Assembly: GCA_016184145.1 (NCBI GenBank)
Contig: JACPDF010000030.1
Span: 76 to 64,075, forward strand
Direction: 5' to 3'
Length of the DNA stretch: 64,000 nt
From: Candidatus Woesearchaeota archaeon
GTDB lineage: Archaea; Nanobdellota; Nanobdellia; Woesearchaeales; GW2011-AR4
How positions within the stretch are numbered: the stretch's first letter is position 1; each line of letters starts with the position of its first letter. The notes beneath the pieces are model-generated. The model was given only the letters and a program-made list of their open reading frames with translations. It was not told where the DNA came from and made no database searches. Made by a program: the position numbers and the translations under genes. Shown piece after piece: positions 43,074 to 53,474 of this stretch.

Positions 43074-46000
43074 TTACCCATACTCATCCCAATCCTTAAT
43101 CTCAAGGTCTTCCATCTTTAACTTGGAAATCGATTCAATGAACAGCTTTGTGTTCTGGGGGTTTGTCAATAAAGGTATGTTGAAGTCAACTGCACTTCTC
43201 CTTATCAAGTAATCATTCTCCAGCTCTTCCTCTTCATAGCTTTTTGGAATGTTAATGACCAAATCGATTTTCCTTTCCTTGAGATAAGTCAGGATGTTTG
43301 GCTCTTTTTTCTCCAAAGGCCAGTAAAGGATTTTTGTGTTTATGCCATATTTCTTGTAGAAATCATGGGTTCCTTTTGTCGCATACAGATTAAACTTGTT
43401 CTCTTCCAGCTTTTTTATGCTTTCAAGCAGATAAGCCTTGTTTTTTACCGTTCCTGTTGACAGCAAAATATTTTTTTCAGGCATTTTATAGCCTACGGAC
43501 AATAACGCTTTCAGGAAAGCCTCGCTAATATTTTCCCCCAGGCAGGCAACTTCTCCGGTAGACGCCATCTCAACGCCTAAAACCGGATCCGCCCCATGCA
43601 GCCTTGAAAAAGAAAACTGAGGGGCTTTTACGCCTACATAATCAAGGTCAACAGTATTATACCTCTCGTTTTTTACAATATCGAGCATTGCTTTGGTTGC
43701 AATATCTATAAAATTATATTTGGTCACTTTTGAAACAAACGGAAAACTTCTTGAGCTTCTTAGATTGCATTCAATAACCTTAATCTCATTGTTTTTTGCT
43801 ATGAACTGTATGTTAAACGGGCCTGTTATTTCCAGGGCAGATGCAAGCTTTTTTGCTATGCCTTTTATCCTTCTTATTGTTTCTATATATGTAAACTGCG
43901 GCGGCAAGACAAGGGTTGCATCCCCTGAATGGACCCCGGCATTCTCAACATGCTCGGATATGGCATAAACCAGTATTTTTCCCTTGTAAGCAACCGCATC
44001 TATCTCAATCTCTTTTGCATTGGTAATGAATTTGCTTATCACCACAGGATGCTCTTTGCTTACTTCGGTTGCTTTTTGCAGGTATTTATCAAGATATTTC
44101 TTGTTGAATGCCACAGACATGGCCGCTCCTGACAGGACATAGCTCGGCCTTATCAAAACAGGGTATTTAACGCGGTTTGCGAACTCTTCTGCTGACTTGA
44201 TTGTTGCTGCTTCTATCCATTCCGGCTGGTCTATTTGGAGCCTGTCGCATAATTTTGAGAATTTGTGCCTGTCTTCAGCATTGTCTATGCTTTCCGGGCT
44301 AGTCCCTAAAACCCTTACTTTCTGCTTATGCAGCCTCATTGCGAGATTATTGGGAATCTGGCCGCCCATCGAGATTATTACCCCATTAGGAGCTTCTTTT
44401 TCATAAATGTCCAAAACCCTTTCAAAAGACATCTCCTCAAAATACAAACGATCGCAGACATCATAGTCTGTTGAGACAGTCTCAGGGTTGTAGTTTATCA
44501 TTATCGTATTATACTTTAGCTCTTTTAACGTCAAAACGGCATTTACGCAGCACCAGTCAAATTCGACAGAGCTTCCAATCCTGTATGCGCCTGAGCCAAG
44601 AACTATCGCAGAATTCTTATCTTGAAACCTTATATCATCCCTGCTGCCGTTGTATGTTACATAAAGATAATTTGTCTTTGCAGGCCATTCAGCAGCCAGG
44701 GTGTCAATCTGCTTTACATATGGGACAATATTGTATTTTTTCCTTAGATTCCTTACAGCAAGAGCATTATCTTCATAATTTTTGTCGGCGAATAATAATC
44801 TTGCAATCTGGAAATCGGAAAATCCTTGCTGCTTTGCCAGCCTTATCAGCTCAGAAGGAACAGTTTTTATGCCATGCTTCCTAATCTCTTTCTCAGTATC
44901 AACAATGTTTTTTATTTTGTACAGGAACCATTTGTCTATTTTTGTCAAAGAATAAATCTTATCTATAGAATAATTCCCTTTTATGGCTTCTGCTATCGCC
45001 ATTACTCTTTTGTCAGTTGGATTTTTCAATTCCGTATTTAAATTATTATTTATTTTTATTGAGTTACAAACCAAACCATGCAATCCGATGCCTAGCATCC
45101 TCAATGCCTTCTGCAAGGCTTCCTCAAACTTCCTGCCGATTGCCATTACCTCCCCTACAGACTTCATCTCGCTTCCTATCTGGAACTTTACTTTCCTGAA
45201 TTTCTCAAGGTCCCATCTGGGGATTTTTATGACAACATAATCAAGCGCTGGCTCAAAGCAGGCCATTGTCTTCTTTGTTATCTTGTTCTCAATTTCCGTC
45301 AGGGAATATCCTAAAGCCAATTTTGCCGCTATAAACGCCAAAGGATAGCCGGTTGCCTTTGACGCCAAGGCAGAGCTCCTGGACAAGCGGGCATTCACTT
45401 CTATGACACAGTAATCCTCGCTTTCAGGGTCAAGCGCATATTGTATATTGCATTCCCCTACAATCCCAAGATGCCTTATAACCCTTATTGCAATCTCTCT
45501 TAATTTATGATACTCGGAGTTTGTAAGTGTTTGGGAAGGGGCAACAACAATGCTCTCTCCTGTATGTATCCCCATGGGGTCAAAGTTTTCCATGTTGCAG
45601 ACTGTAATGCAATTATCAAACTTGTCGCGGACAACCTCATACTCTATTTCCTTCCAGCCTCCAACATATTTCTCAACTAAAATCTGCTTTGAATAGGAAA
45701 ATGCCTTTGTAAGAATTTCTTTCAGCTCTTTCTCGTTATAGGCTATCCCGGAGCCTTGGCCGCCTAATGCATAGGCAATGCGGGCCATGACTGGGTACTT
45801 GATTTTTTTCGCTGCTTTGAGGCCTTCATTTACTGTTCCAACGGCTTTGCTTTCAGGGACTTTTACATTAATTTCCGATAATCTCTTTTTGAACAAATTC
45901 CTGTCTTCTGTATCAATGATTGTCTGCACAGAAGTTCCTAAAACATCTACATTATATTTTTTAAAAATTCCTTTTTTATATAGCTCAACGCCGCAGTTTA

Positions 46001-46283
46001 GCGCTGTTTGGCCTCCAAATGCAAGCATAATACCATTAGGCTTTTCTTTCTTAATTACTTGCTCGACAAAATAAGGGGTTACAGGAAGGAAATAGATTTT
46101 GTCGGCCATGCCTTTTGAAGTTTGTATTGTGGCAATGTTCGGATTTACCAAAATTGTCTTTATTCCTTCTTCACGCAAGGCTTTCAAGCATTGAGAGCCT
46201 GAGTAGTCGAATTCGCCCGCTTGCCCAATGGTCAGAGCTCCAGAACCTACCAACAATACTTTTTTCAATTTTATTTTTTCCAT
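43074..46283 (-). CDS. carB: carbamoyl-phosphate synthase large subunit
   Basis: 1069 aa with duplicated ATP-grasp halves (..[19 protein letters not shown].. and ..[16 protein letters not shown]..) and a C-terminal MGS-like domain. Confidence 0.97.
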   Translation of the reverse strand: MEKIKLKKVLLVGSGALTIGQAGEFDYSGSQCLKALREEGIKTILVNPNIATIQTSKGMADKIYFLPVTPYFVEQVIKKEKPNGIMLAFGGQTALNCGVELYKKGIFKKYNVDVLGTSVQTIIDTEDRNLFKKRLSEINVKVPESKAVGTVNEGLKAAKKIKYPVMARIAYALGGQGSGIAYNEKELKEILTKAFSYSKQILVEKYVGGWKEIEYEVVRDKFDNCITVCNMENFDPMGIHTGESIVVAPSQTLTNSEYHKLREIAIRVIRHLGIVGECNIQYALDPESEDYCVIEVNARLSRSSALASKATGYPLAFIAAKLALGYSLTEIENKITKKTMACFEPALDYVVIKIPRWDLEKFRKVKFQIGSEMKSVGEVMAIGRKFEEALQKALRMLGIGLHGLVCNSIKINNNLNTELKNPTDKRVMAIAEAIKGNYSIDKIYSLTKIDKWFLYKIKNIVDTEKEIRKHGIKTVPSELIRLAKQQGFSDFQIARLLFADKNYEDNALAVRNLRKKYNIVPYVKQIDTLAAEWPAKTNYLYVTYNGSRDDIRFQDKNSAIVLGSGAYRIGSSVEFDWCCVNAVLTLKELKYNTIMINYNPETVSTDYDVCDRLYFEEMSFERVLDIYEKEAPNGVIISMGGQIPNNLAMRLHKQKVRVLGTSPESIDNAEDRHKFSKLCDRLQIDQPEWIEAATIKSAEEFANRVKYPVLIRPSYVLSGAAMSVAFNKKYLDKYLQKATEVSKEHPVVISKFITNAKEIEIDAVAYKGKILVYAISEHVENAGVHSGDATLVLPPQFTYIETIRRIKGIAKKLASALEITGPFNIQFIAKNNEIKVIECNLRSSRSFPFVSKVTKYNFIDIATKAMLDIVKNERYNTVDLDYVGVKAPQFSFSRLHGADPVLGVEMASTGEVACLGENISEAFLKALLSVGYKMPEKNILLSTGTVKNKAYLLESIKKLEENKFNLYATKGTHDFYKKYGINTKILYWPLEKKEPNILTYLKERKIDLVINIPKSYEEEELENDYLIRRSAVDFNIPLLTNPQNTKLFIESISKLKMEDLEIKDWDEYG

Positions 46284-46363
46284 TTTATTATTCTATTCTC
46301 AATGATAATTTTTTATTGTTATTTTGTTTTTATTGGAATTATCTTTTATTTTTGACAATTTTA

Positions 46364-47764
46364 TTATTGGCTTAGTTTTTTAACAAACTCATCAAACAAA
46401 AACTCAGTATCTACAGGTCCAGGATTCGCTTCCGGATGGAATTGACAGGAAAAAAAAGGCTTAGTTTTATGTTTAATTCCTTCATTTGTATTATCATTTA
46501 TATTCGTGAATAATGGCTCCCATTCTTTCGGCAGTGTTTTAGTGTCAACCGCATACCCGTGATTCTGTGTTGTTATGAAGCATCTTTTGGTGCCTTCCAT
46601 TACGCAAGGCTGGTTCTGGCTCCTATGACCATACTTTAATTTGTAAGTGTCGGCCCCTGCTGCAAGGGCAAGAATTTGGTTTCCGAGGCATATCCCAAAA
46701 ACCGGAATATTTTTTTCAATGGCTTTTTTTATATTTGCTATAGCTGTTTTGCACATCTTGGGGTCGCCAGGTCCGTTGCTGAGCACAATACCGTCAAAAT
46801 CAAGCTTGAAGAAGTCATAATCATAAGGAACCCTAATTACAGCTAACTCCCTTTTAAGCAAGTTCCTCATAATATTGTTTTTTACGCCACAATCAACGAG
46901 AATTACTATTTTTTTATTTTTACTATTTTTTTTGATAATTTTTATTTTGTCAAAAACCGACCCCGCACTAAAGTGCGTGGCGTGTTTTTGAGCATGCTCG
47001 GAAATCGCTGGCTTACTCTGAGCTGAAGCACAAGAGATTGCACCTTTTGCGATTTCCGACATTTCAATTATTGAATTATTTTGATTTAATTTTTTATTTC
47101 TATTGAAATTATCTTTTTTATCGGAGTTATTTTCTATTGAATTCACAGAAATCAGAGATTTCTGGGACACAAGAGCGAAGCTCTGTGCCGAACTCCGTTC
47201 GTGCACCGAAAATCTTTGATTTTCGCGTGCTTTATTATTGGAATTATCATAAATTACCGGCTTTTTTATTGTGACCTCTTTTACCAAATCAACCTTATTG
47301 GGATCGTAGAGCTCGACATCCTTGCCGTTTATTATAATTTTGCCGAGCATTGAGCCCTTTTCCCTGAGCTTTTTAGTCAGTTCCCTTGTGTCAACGCCAT
47401 AGATTCCAGGTATGTTATGCTCCTTGAGCCATTCTCCAAGGCTTTTTTTTGCGCTCCAATGGGAATACTCAAAAGAATAATCAGAGATTACAAGCCCTTG
47501 TATGTGGATTGCATAGGATTCAAAATTTTTCGGCATGCTATATCTGTCAGTCTCATTCGAAGGGATTCCGTAGTTTCCTATTAAGGGATATGTAAGGCAG
47601 AGTATCTGGCCTTTATAGCTGGGGTCTGTAAGACTTTCAGGGTAGCCTACCATGCCTGTGGAAAAAACAACCTCTCCGGAAACAGAGCTTTCAGAAGCGA
47701 ATGAGAAGCCGTAAAAAACAGAGCCGTCCTCAAGAATAAGCTTTGCGTTCTTTTTTAGCAGCAT
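46364..47764 (-). CDS. carA: carbamoyl-phosphate synthase small subunit with a roughly 105-aa in-frame insertion
   Basis: N-domain ..GMVGYPESLTDPSYKGQIL.. and GATase ..PVFGICLGNQ.., ..QFHPEA... Between VKEVTIKKPVIYD and IVILVDCGVKNN lies a low-complexity insert encoded by the palindromic repeats (about 46927-47251). Confidence 0.9.
   Translation of the reverse strand: MLLKKNAKLILEDGSVFYGFSFASESSVSGEVVFSTGMVGYPESLTDPSYKGQILCLTYPLIGNYGIPSNETDRYSMPKNFESYAIHIQGLVISDYSFEYSHWSAKKSLGEWLKEHNIPGIYGVDTRELTKKLREKGSMLGKIIINGKDVELYDPNKVDLVKEVTIKKPVIYDNSNNKARENQRFSVHERSSAQSFALVSQKSLISVNSIENNSDKKDNFNRNKKLNQNNSIIEMSEIAKGAISCASAQSKPAISEHAQKHATHFSAGSVFDKIKIIKKNSKNKKIVILVDCGVKNNIMRNLLKRELAVIRVPYDYDFFKLDFDGIVLSNGPGDPKMCKTAIANIKKAIEKNIPVFGICLGNQILALAAGADTYKLKYGHRSQNQPCVMEGTKRCFITTQNHGYAVDTKTLPKEWEPLFTNINDNTNEGIKHKTKPFFSCQFHPEANPGPVDTEFLFDEFVKKLSQ
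46961..47225. repeat. cluster of hairpin repeats inside carA (includes double-hairpin copy E)
   Basis: CAAAAAC..CGCAC-TAAA-GTGCG..GTTTTTG (46961-47001). TCGGAAATCGC (46998-47008) pairs with GCGATTTCCGA (47049-47059). CAGAAATC-AGAG-ATTTCTG (47146-47164). GAGC-GAA-GCTC and CGAAC-TCC-GTTCG. CGAAAATC-TTT-GATTTTCG (47207-47225). Confidence 0.7.
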
Positions 47765-47825
47765 ACTAAAAAAAAGAAGCAGTAATGGATTATATATAAA
47801 GTTTGCTGTTTTTCAAAGCAATCTT

Positions 47826-48194
47826 TTATTTAACGAACTCCACTCCTTCCAAGCCTTTAAACATATAGTCTCCTGTCAGGAATTCTGCATTATATCTGCG
47901 CGCAGTTACATAGCCGATGCAATCCGCAAAACTAAATCTTTTTTTCTTGTGCTTGATTTTGAACATATTTGCTTCTCTTACAATTGAATCGTCAATTCTT
48001 ACAACCATGTCCTTTACAATATTGTAGATAACATCAGCATCTTTTTGCCCATGATGCTTTAAATAATAAAAATGCACTTCTACAAGGTTGAAGATTGTGG
48101 CGATTCCAATGTTTCCCTGCTCAACATATTTTCTGTAGAGTGGATTATCTATCGCTATTTCTATTATTGCATACGTGTCAAGAAAGATTACCAT
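47826..48194 (-). CDS. vapC: PIN-domain toxin VapC
   Basis: N-terminus VIFLDTYAII (acidic D), 122 aa. It overlaps the upstream AbrB-type antitoxin. Confidence 0.75.
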   Translation of the reverse strand: MVIFLDTYAIIEIAIDNPLYRKYVEQGNIGIATIFNLVEVHFYYLKHHGQKDADVIYNIVKDMVVRIDDSIVREANMFKIKHKKKRFSFADCIGYVTARRYNAEFLTGDYMFKGLEGVEFVK

Positions 48195-48394
48195 TCTTTT
48201 CTAATCTCGTCCTTGGCTTTCTGAGCATCTATTTTCAGATGTTTGCTCTTTCCCAAAAGGCTCTTTAAATTCACTTTCTTAAAAATCTGGTACTCTACAA
48301 TTTCCCCTATCTTGACATTCCTTTCCCTAACAACTTCTGGCGGTATAACCAGCACTGTGCTGTTTCCCGACTTTCTTATTTTTGCTGTTGGCAT
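48188..48394 (-). CDS. vapB: AbrB/SpoVT-type antitoxin VapB
   Basis: ..KIRKSGNSTVLVIPPEVV.. is a swapped-hairpin motif. Confidence 0.75.
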   Translation of the reverse strand: MPTAKIRKSGNSTVLVIPPEVVRERNVKIGEIVEYQIFKKVNLKSLLGKSKHLKIDAQKAKDEIRKEW

Positions 48395-48544
48395 TGTATT
48401 ACATATGTATTACATAAAGTATATAAAGTTTTCTATTTTGGATTTTGTCAAAAACACAGCAACCCAAACCGATGATAAATAGGCGTGATATTCATAATTG
48501 CCAGTCCAGCGAAAGATTTATATAGTTTGCACCCGCGATTAATA

Positions 48545-48844
48545 ATGTTAAGAATGGCTTTTAAGCAAAGGCTTTCAAAACACGACAGATATGTGCTGGA
48601 GTTGCGCGACAAAATAAGGCACAGGTATGATTCTATTTCTGTTAATGTAAAAGTGGCTGGAAAGAAGAGAAGCTTAGACCTGGTTGCAAGGAAAGGCAAG
48701 AAAGTTGACCTGTATGAGGTAAAGTGCAGCCACAGGATTGTCAAGGCAAGGAAGCAACTGAACAGGATGAGAAGGCTGATGAATATGGAGAAATCAGGGG
48801 CTTATTTCTACTGCGGCAGCTCAGGTATGCTGGTGAGCGTTTAG
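48545..48844 (+). CDS. small PD-(D/E)xK nuclease-fold protein (YraN-like, tentative)
   Basis: ..SLDLVARKGKKVDLYEVKCS.. fits D-x(n)-E-x-K. Start taken at the internal Met (MLRMAFK). Confidence 0.4.
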   Translation: MLRMAFKQRLSKHDRYVLELRDKIRHRYDSISVNVKVAGKKRSLDLVARKGKKVDLYEVKCSHRIVKARKQLNRMRRLMNMEKSGAYFYCGSSGMLVSV

Positions 48845-49459
48845 CTGGACTATATTTTCTAAAGGTTTTTGCTGGTACGAACTGATTCCAGCCTTTATTA
48901 TAGTTGCAGGCTTTGCAGCCGCTAATGATGCCACATGCTCAAAAATGTATCTTGGATCTGCACCATTTGCCAATTCGCTAAAACCGAAACCATGGACGAA
49001 ATAATTGCTTATAATAGCTGGGCTATTGCCAAATTCTGAATGGGCTTCGTATTTTCTGCTTATGTCTGCATCTGATGTCCTCCATATAGTAGGAATGCCT
49101 TTTTTTCTCTTACCGGACTCTATTGCTTTCGCCGCATACATCAAATCCGCTAAAGTGCCATTACCCCACCTTTCCGGAGATACTGCTATCTTGTCTATTA
49201 CAACATAGGCGTCAAGGCCATCGCTTTTCATTTCATCGTCAGCTTCCTGATGCAATGCGAGCATGACTCCGCCAACGGAACCATTTTGAATTGTATCCAA
49301 CACAATATACGCAACCTGTTCATTTTCCAGGCTTTCAAAAAATCCCGGTACTATAGAATACCTTCTGGCACGAAATGCGTCTTCGATTGTATCTCTGAAT
49401 GCTTCATAGAGCTTATCGTCTTTGAGGTGTTTTAACCCTGTTTTTATGTGCAATACCAT
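48821..49459 (-). CDS. GNAT-like acetyltransferase-fold protein (tentative)
   Basis: ..VVIDKIAVSPERWGNGTLADLM.. resembles GNAT motif A (R/Q-x-x-G-x-G/A). Confidence 0.4.
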   Translation of the reverse strand: MVLHIKTGLKHLKDDKLYEAFRDTIEDAFRARRYSIVPGFFESLENEQVAYIVLDTIQNGSVGGVMLALHQEADDEMKSDGLDAYVVIDKIAVSPERWGNGTLADLMYAAKAIESGKRKKGIPTIWRTSDADISRKYEAHSEFGNSPAIISNYFVHGFGFSELANGADPRYIFEHVASLAAAKPATIIKAGISSYQQKPLENIVQLNAHQHT

Positions 49460-49888
49460 CCTAATGATAATTATGCTTCCTCTTTTAAGCTTAACGCCTC
49501 ATTTTGGACAAATTAGACAAAAATGTCTAATATTGGACATTATTAGCTAGAAGAGATATTGTCGAATAAAAAACTATTTGTTTTTTATCAATATAAAATG
49601 TCCAAAACAAAACATTTAAATACAAGTTATAGGAAGGATATAGATGAGCGATGTGTCTTTTTGAAAAGAGTACCACAAAGGCCAAGACATAGACGCTCCA
49701 TATTTGAAAATTCCAGAGCCGCAGTATGAAAATACGCGGCTCCGGTTTATGCTCATTTATCATGCAAAAGGACCTTTCTGACTGGATAAACACAGCAGAA
49801 ATAAGGATAGACAACAAAACCGCAGAGAAAATAAGCAGGCCAATTGCTGAATATTAAAAACATACTTGCTTAAGTTGGGGGTGTATAA

Positions 49889-50524
49889 TTGGCAAATATA
49901 ACCAAGCTTACAGAGGGCTATATAGCAGAGCACCCTTTTGTAAAAGACTGCCTGAAGAAAGGGCTGATAAATTATTCTTCCCTGGCAAGGCAGATCTGCC
50001 TGGATTTGAATCTGGATGCGAAAAAGAGCTTTGACGCTGTTCTGATTGCCTGCAGGCGCTTCTATAATAAAATTAAATCAGAGGCTACAATAGAAAAAAA
50101 AATACTGGAAATACTTAAAAATAGCAAGATTGAGGTGAAAAATAAGATTAATGCCATAGTTCTTGAAAAGAATATTTTTTTCCCTAATCTCATTGATATC
50201 GAGAAGGAAGCAAAAAAATCAATGGAAACTTTCCATATTGTTGATGGAGCGACAGCGATAACAATAATAGTCTCTGACGAATTTGCAGTAAAAATCAAGC
50301 AGGCTTTTAGGAACAAAATATTAAAGGAAAGCAAGGATTTGGTTGAGGTTATATTGAAGAGCCCAAAGCAGATAGAGACTACAGCTGGGGTAATCTCTTA
50401 TTTATATTCTCTGCTGGGGGAAAATGATATAAATGTCTACGAAACCCTGAGCTGCTGGACCGACACGATATTTCTGATTGAGGAAAAGGATCTGAGCAAA
50501 GTTATGGCTTTATTGAGATTTTAA
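49889..50524 (+). CDS. ACT-domain-containing protein (COG1707-like)
   Basis: N-terminal HTH-like ..INYSSLARQI.. and a C-terminal ACT-like ..GVISYLYSLLGENDINVYE... TTG start according to the track. Confidence 0.5.
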   Translation: MANITKLTEGYIAEHPFVKDCLKKGLINYSSLARQICLDLNLDAKKSFDAVLIACRRFYNKIKSEATIEKKILEILKNSKIEVKNKINAIVLEKNIFFPNLIDIEKEAKKSMETFHIVDGATAITIIVSDEFAVKIKQAFRNKILKESKDLVEVILKSPKQIETTAGVISYLYSLLGENDINVYETLSCWTDTIFLIEEKDLSKVMALLRF

Positions 50525-50561
50525 GAAATATTTATATTCTTTCTGTCAAAAATATCAGGCA

Positions 50562-51092
50562 ATGGAAAAAACAAGAGGGTGGAAGCATGATGTTGAGGTA
50601 ATTGTTGACAGGGCAATACCTTACGCTTTAATATTGCTATTTTTTTTAATTATAGGAGAAATACTCTTTGCAGAGCAAATCCAGCATTATTCGCTTTTTG
50701 TGTCCACTATAGACGGCTTTATAATAGGCGCTTTTGTTTTTGACCTATTCTTCAAATATAAGCACAGTAAAAATATTCCAACATTTTTGAGAAAACACTG
50801 GCTGCAGATAATTGCATTGTTTCCGGCATTTCTAATAGTAAGATTGGTGGAGGAATTTTTGATTGTCACAAAGCTCGAGGATGCTGTCAAATTTTCACAA
50901 GAGGCCTTGGAAATTGGGCAGAGAACAGTATTAGGTCCAACAAGATTATCTTATTTTTCAAAAATTATGGAGCCATTGGCAAGACTGCCGAGATTTTTGG
51001 CCGCATTCCACTTTTACGAGAAGCCAACCCACAGGCATTTGCATAAGCATATTTACAAAAATGCAGCGCAAATAAAAAGCGAAAAGAAATAA
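50562..51092 (+). CDS. hypothetical membrane protein
   Basis: 176 aa with 3-4 TM helices. Confidence 0.45.
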   Translation: MEKTRGWKHDVEVIVDRAIPYALILLFFLIIGEILFAEQIQHYSLFVSTIDGFIIGAFVFDLFFKYKHSKNIPTFLRKHWLQIIALFPAFLIVRLVEEFLIVTKLEDAVKFSQEALEIGQRTVLGPTRLSYFSKIMEPLARLPRFLAAFHFYEKPTHRHLHKHIYKNAAQIKSEKK

Positions 51093-51104
51093 AACCTCAA
51101 TTGC

Positions 51105-51698
51105 TTACTCAACAAATCCCTTATCTTCCAAATAATGCCCAAGCTTTTCTTTCTTGGTCTTTAAGTATTTTATGTTCGTTGCAGAGGGCTTTATTACCAA
51201 AGGAACTCTTTCAACAATCTTAATGCCGTATTTTTCAAGGCCTTCTATCTTTTTTGGGTTGTTTGTTATGAGCCTTATTTTTTTCACGCCAAGATCCGCT
51301 AAAATCTGAGCAGCAAGATTATAGTCTCTCATATCTGCCTTGAAGCCGAGCTTTTCATTTGCTTCAACAGTGTCCATGCCGCTGTCCTGCAGATTATAGG
51401 CTTTTATTTTGTTCAATAAGCCTATGCCGCGGCCTTCCTGCCTCAAATAAAGCAAAACCCCATTTTCCTTGGCTATAAGCCTTAAGGCCTTGTCAAGCTG
51501 CTCACCGCAATCGCACCTTTTTGAATGGAAAACATCTCCTGTAAGGCATTCTGAATGCATCCTTACCAATACTGCATCCTTGCTTTTGATGTCTCCCTTG
51601 ACCAATGCAAGATGGTGCAGGTGTTCGGAGCACTCGTAAACGTATGCGGTAAAATTGCCATATTCTGTCGGCAGTTTTGCAGTTTCCTTTCTTTGCAT
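51105..51698 (-). CDS. ribA: GTP cyclohydrolase II
   Basis: ..[22 protein letters not shown].. and ..[14 protein letters not shown].. motifs. Confidence 0.95.
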   Translation of the reverse strand: MQRKETAKLPTEYGNFTAYVYECSEHLHHLALVKGDIKSKDAVLVRMHSECLTGDVFHSKRCDCGEQLDKALRLIAKENGVLLYLRQEGRGIGLLNKIKAYNLQDSGMDTVEANEKLGFKADMRDYNLAAQILADLGVKKIRLITNNPKKIEGLEKYGIKIVERVPLVIKPSATNIKYLKTKKEKLGHYLEDKGFVE

Positions 51699-51789
51699 CT
51701 CTATCTTCCCTTTGATGATGTATCTTAAGTCCTTATATAAACATTATCTTTAATCAACAGAATTCCACTATTCGTGAAATTCTGAGCAT

Positions 51790-51850
51790 CAAAAACCACT
51801 AAAGGTACGCTAAACAAATCATGTTAGCCGTGTTTGATTGGTGGTTTTTG
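51790..51850. repeat. 61-nt hairpin with perfect 10-bp stem (CAAAAACCAC / GTGGTTTTTG)
   Basis: 51790-51799 is the reverse complement of 51841-51850. The stem sequence resembles the CAAAAAC/GTTTTTG hairpin inside carA. Confidence 0.55.
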
Positions 51851-51900
51851 ACACATTGCAGAAACAGACAGAAGCATGTAGAAAAAACAAAAGAACAAGT

Positions 51901-52089
51901 TTATTCTTCCTCTTCCTTTTTCTCTTCTTTCTCCTCTTTCTCTTCGTCAGCGTCTTCATAGCCCTGCATGAATGCCTGCTCTTCAGGGCTTACTTCATCG
52001 CTTTCTATGAGCTCTTCCCTGCCTTCCTCGTCATAGACGCTGTCCTCTTCCTTTTCCTCTTCCTCCTTATAGTCCTCTTCTTTTGCCAT
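51901..52089 (-). CDS. hypothetical highly acidic small protein
   Basis: 62 aa, more than 50% Glu/Asp, with a central EEQAFMQGYEDA. I prefer it to the overlapping plus-strand ORF 51838-52299, which is a Phe/Leu-rich antisense artefact. Confidence 0.4.
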   Translation of the reverse strand: MAKEEDYKEEEEKEEDSVYDEEGREELIESDEVSPEEQAFMQGYEDADEEKEEKEEKKEEEE

Positions 52090-52207
52090 TATAACTATAA
52101 AAAATTCTGCAGCTCATTTAAAAACTTTTCTGTTGGAATTTATTTTACTGCAATTTTTTTCTATGGAAATGAAAAAATTTATATAGTGGGCTGTTATGTT
52201 CAGCATT

Positions 52208-52375
52208 ATGGCAATGGACAAGACTTTTTTAATCGCTTTCGGGATTATCATAGGAATCTACATATTGTACAAGCTTCTCTTTGGAAAAAGCCAGCTTGAT
52301 GAGGAATTTGAGCATAAGTACAACAAGATCCTGACTTCTGACGAGTACAAGGTCAAGGGGCAGTATGACAAGTAA
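52208..52375 (+). CDS. hypothetical 55-aa single-pass membrane protein, below the ORF-track cutoff
   Basis: MAMDKTFLIAFGIIIGIYILYKLLFGKSQLDEEFEHKYNKILTSDEYKVKGQYDK. Confidence 0.4.
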   Translation: MAMDKTFLIAFGIIIGIYILYKLLFGKSQLDEEFEHKYNKILTSDEYKVKGQYDK

Positions 52376-52390
52376 GTATTATGAGTAAAT

Positions 52391-52639
52391 TTATTGGTTT
52401 CTAAGAAGGTACGGCAGTATAATAAAGAACAATGCTAATGCAGCCATTATTCCTACCACTATCCAAAGCATTCTTTTGTCATTCGCAAACCCAAACGGAA
52501 TAAATCCTATAAATCCTCCAACAGCTACTTTTGTTTCGCTTTTTTGCGTTCCAAGGAAAGAGCCTATGAAAACGATTGCAAAACCAATTAAGATTACCAA
52601 AATTCCTATTGATATCAGCTGCTGGTTCATATATGGCAA
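52391..52639 (-). CDS. DUF131-like small membrane protein
   Basis: 82 aa with two TM helices flanking ..VAVGGFIGFIPFGF.., as I recall for archaeal DUF131. Confidence 0.5.
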   Translation of the reverse strand: MPYMNQQLISIGILVILIGFAIVFIGSFLGTQKSETKVAVGGFIGFIPFGFANDKRMLWIVVGIMAALALFFIILPYLLRNQ

Positions 52640-52893
52640 TATTATTTTTTAATATTTAATTTTATTGCTTATTATTTGACATTATTATTTTATGTATTTT
52701 AACCTATATTCTACAGAATATAAATAATCCGAAAGGTTTAAATATCAGTAATGTGGAGATTTGTATACTAGTTTACAATTACCTTTTATGTCAAAAGGGG
52801 CATAAAAGGTATCATAGATGAGGACAAAATGATTTTCATTAGACCTCTCTGCTACGATATCAAAGCCCCTTTGTAAAAGTCTTCATTGACAAT

Positions 52894-53112
52894 GTGGACG
52901 CTTGGATTAAGCAGATAAGGAGGGAATTTTCAAATTTCCAGGATGTTCCCAGTATTATTTCTGAGAATACAGACAATATACAACACAATTACGAATTGAT
53001 ATATGAATTAAAAGACCAGGTAGAGGAATTAAAGCAGGAAATAAATGCATTAAAGCTTATACAGATAATAAGCCTCAAGAAAACCAAGCAGGAAGCCAAA
53101 AATCTCAGCTAA
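52894..53112 (+). CDS. hypothetical coiled-coil protein
   Basis: 72 aa with a GTG start according to the track. Confidence 0.3.
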   Translation: MDAWIKQIRREFSNFQDVPSIISENTDNIQHNYELIYELKDQVEELKQEINALKLIQIISLKKTKQEAKNLS

Positions 53113-53422
53113 GTTCATTAACTATTTTCTTTAAAGCATTATCCACTGCTATAAACAGGTTTCTTTCAACAACCTCAGAGACAAAAGGCTTTCCGTTATC
53201 AATCAGTTTGGCGTGTATCTCATATTTCTCGCTTTTCTCTGTCTCATGCACCGGCTTCATGGTAACGTGCAGCTTCTCGAATTTTTCGGAAAGCTCAGAC
53301 ATCCGGCGGGCATAATTGCCTATTATTTTCTTTAGAACCACCATAGAAGCGCCATCTATATCCCTAAAACCAGACAACTCTATATTGCCGCCCAACTGCA
53401 CATTGTCATCCATACCAACCAC
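53105..53422 (-). CDS. HPF/RaiA-like ribosome-associated protein (tentative)
   Basis: ..IELSGF.......V.KKI......L.EKFEKLHVTM.......KYEIHAKL.DNGKPFVSEVVERNLFIAVDNALKKIVNEL follows the S30AE/HPF pattern ending d.y.AiD...dkl.rql. Confidence 0.45.
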   Translation of the reverse strand: MVGMDDNVQLGGNIELSGFRDIDGASMVVLKKIIGNYARRMSELSEKFEKLHVTMKPVHETEKSEKYEIHAKLIDNGKPFVSEVVERNLFIAVDNALKKIVNELS

Positions 53423-53474
53423 TCGCTGTATTCCATTTTTTATTGATTTTGTTTAAATAGTTTGCTATTTTAAG

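Noticed and set aside
20673-47225. The hairpin repeats as a CRISPR array.
   Set aside because: The copies are dispersed singly over 27 kb and show no regular repeat-spacer periodicity. Each unit is itself a short palindrome pair, and no cas genes are present.
46927-47251. An intein as the explanation for the carA insertion.
   Set aside because: The insert is too short. It has no Cys/Ser/Thr at the junctions in an intein-like context and no HN terminal motif or homing-endonuclease blocks. The sequence is low-complexity and is encoded by palindromic repeats.
51838-52299. 153-aa plus-strand ORF (Phe/Leu-rich).
   Set aside because: It is the antisense reading of a Glu-rich gene and of AT-rich spacer. 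Two shorter, more protein-like ORFs (51901-52089 minus and 52208-52375 plus) account for the region.
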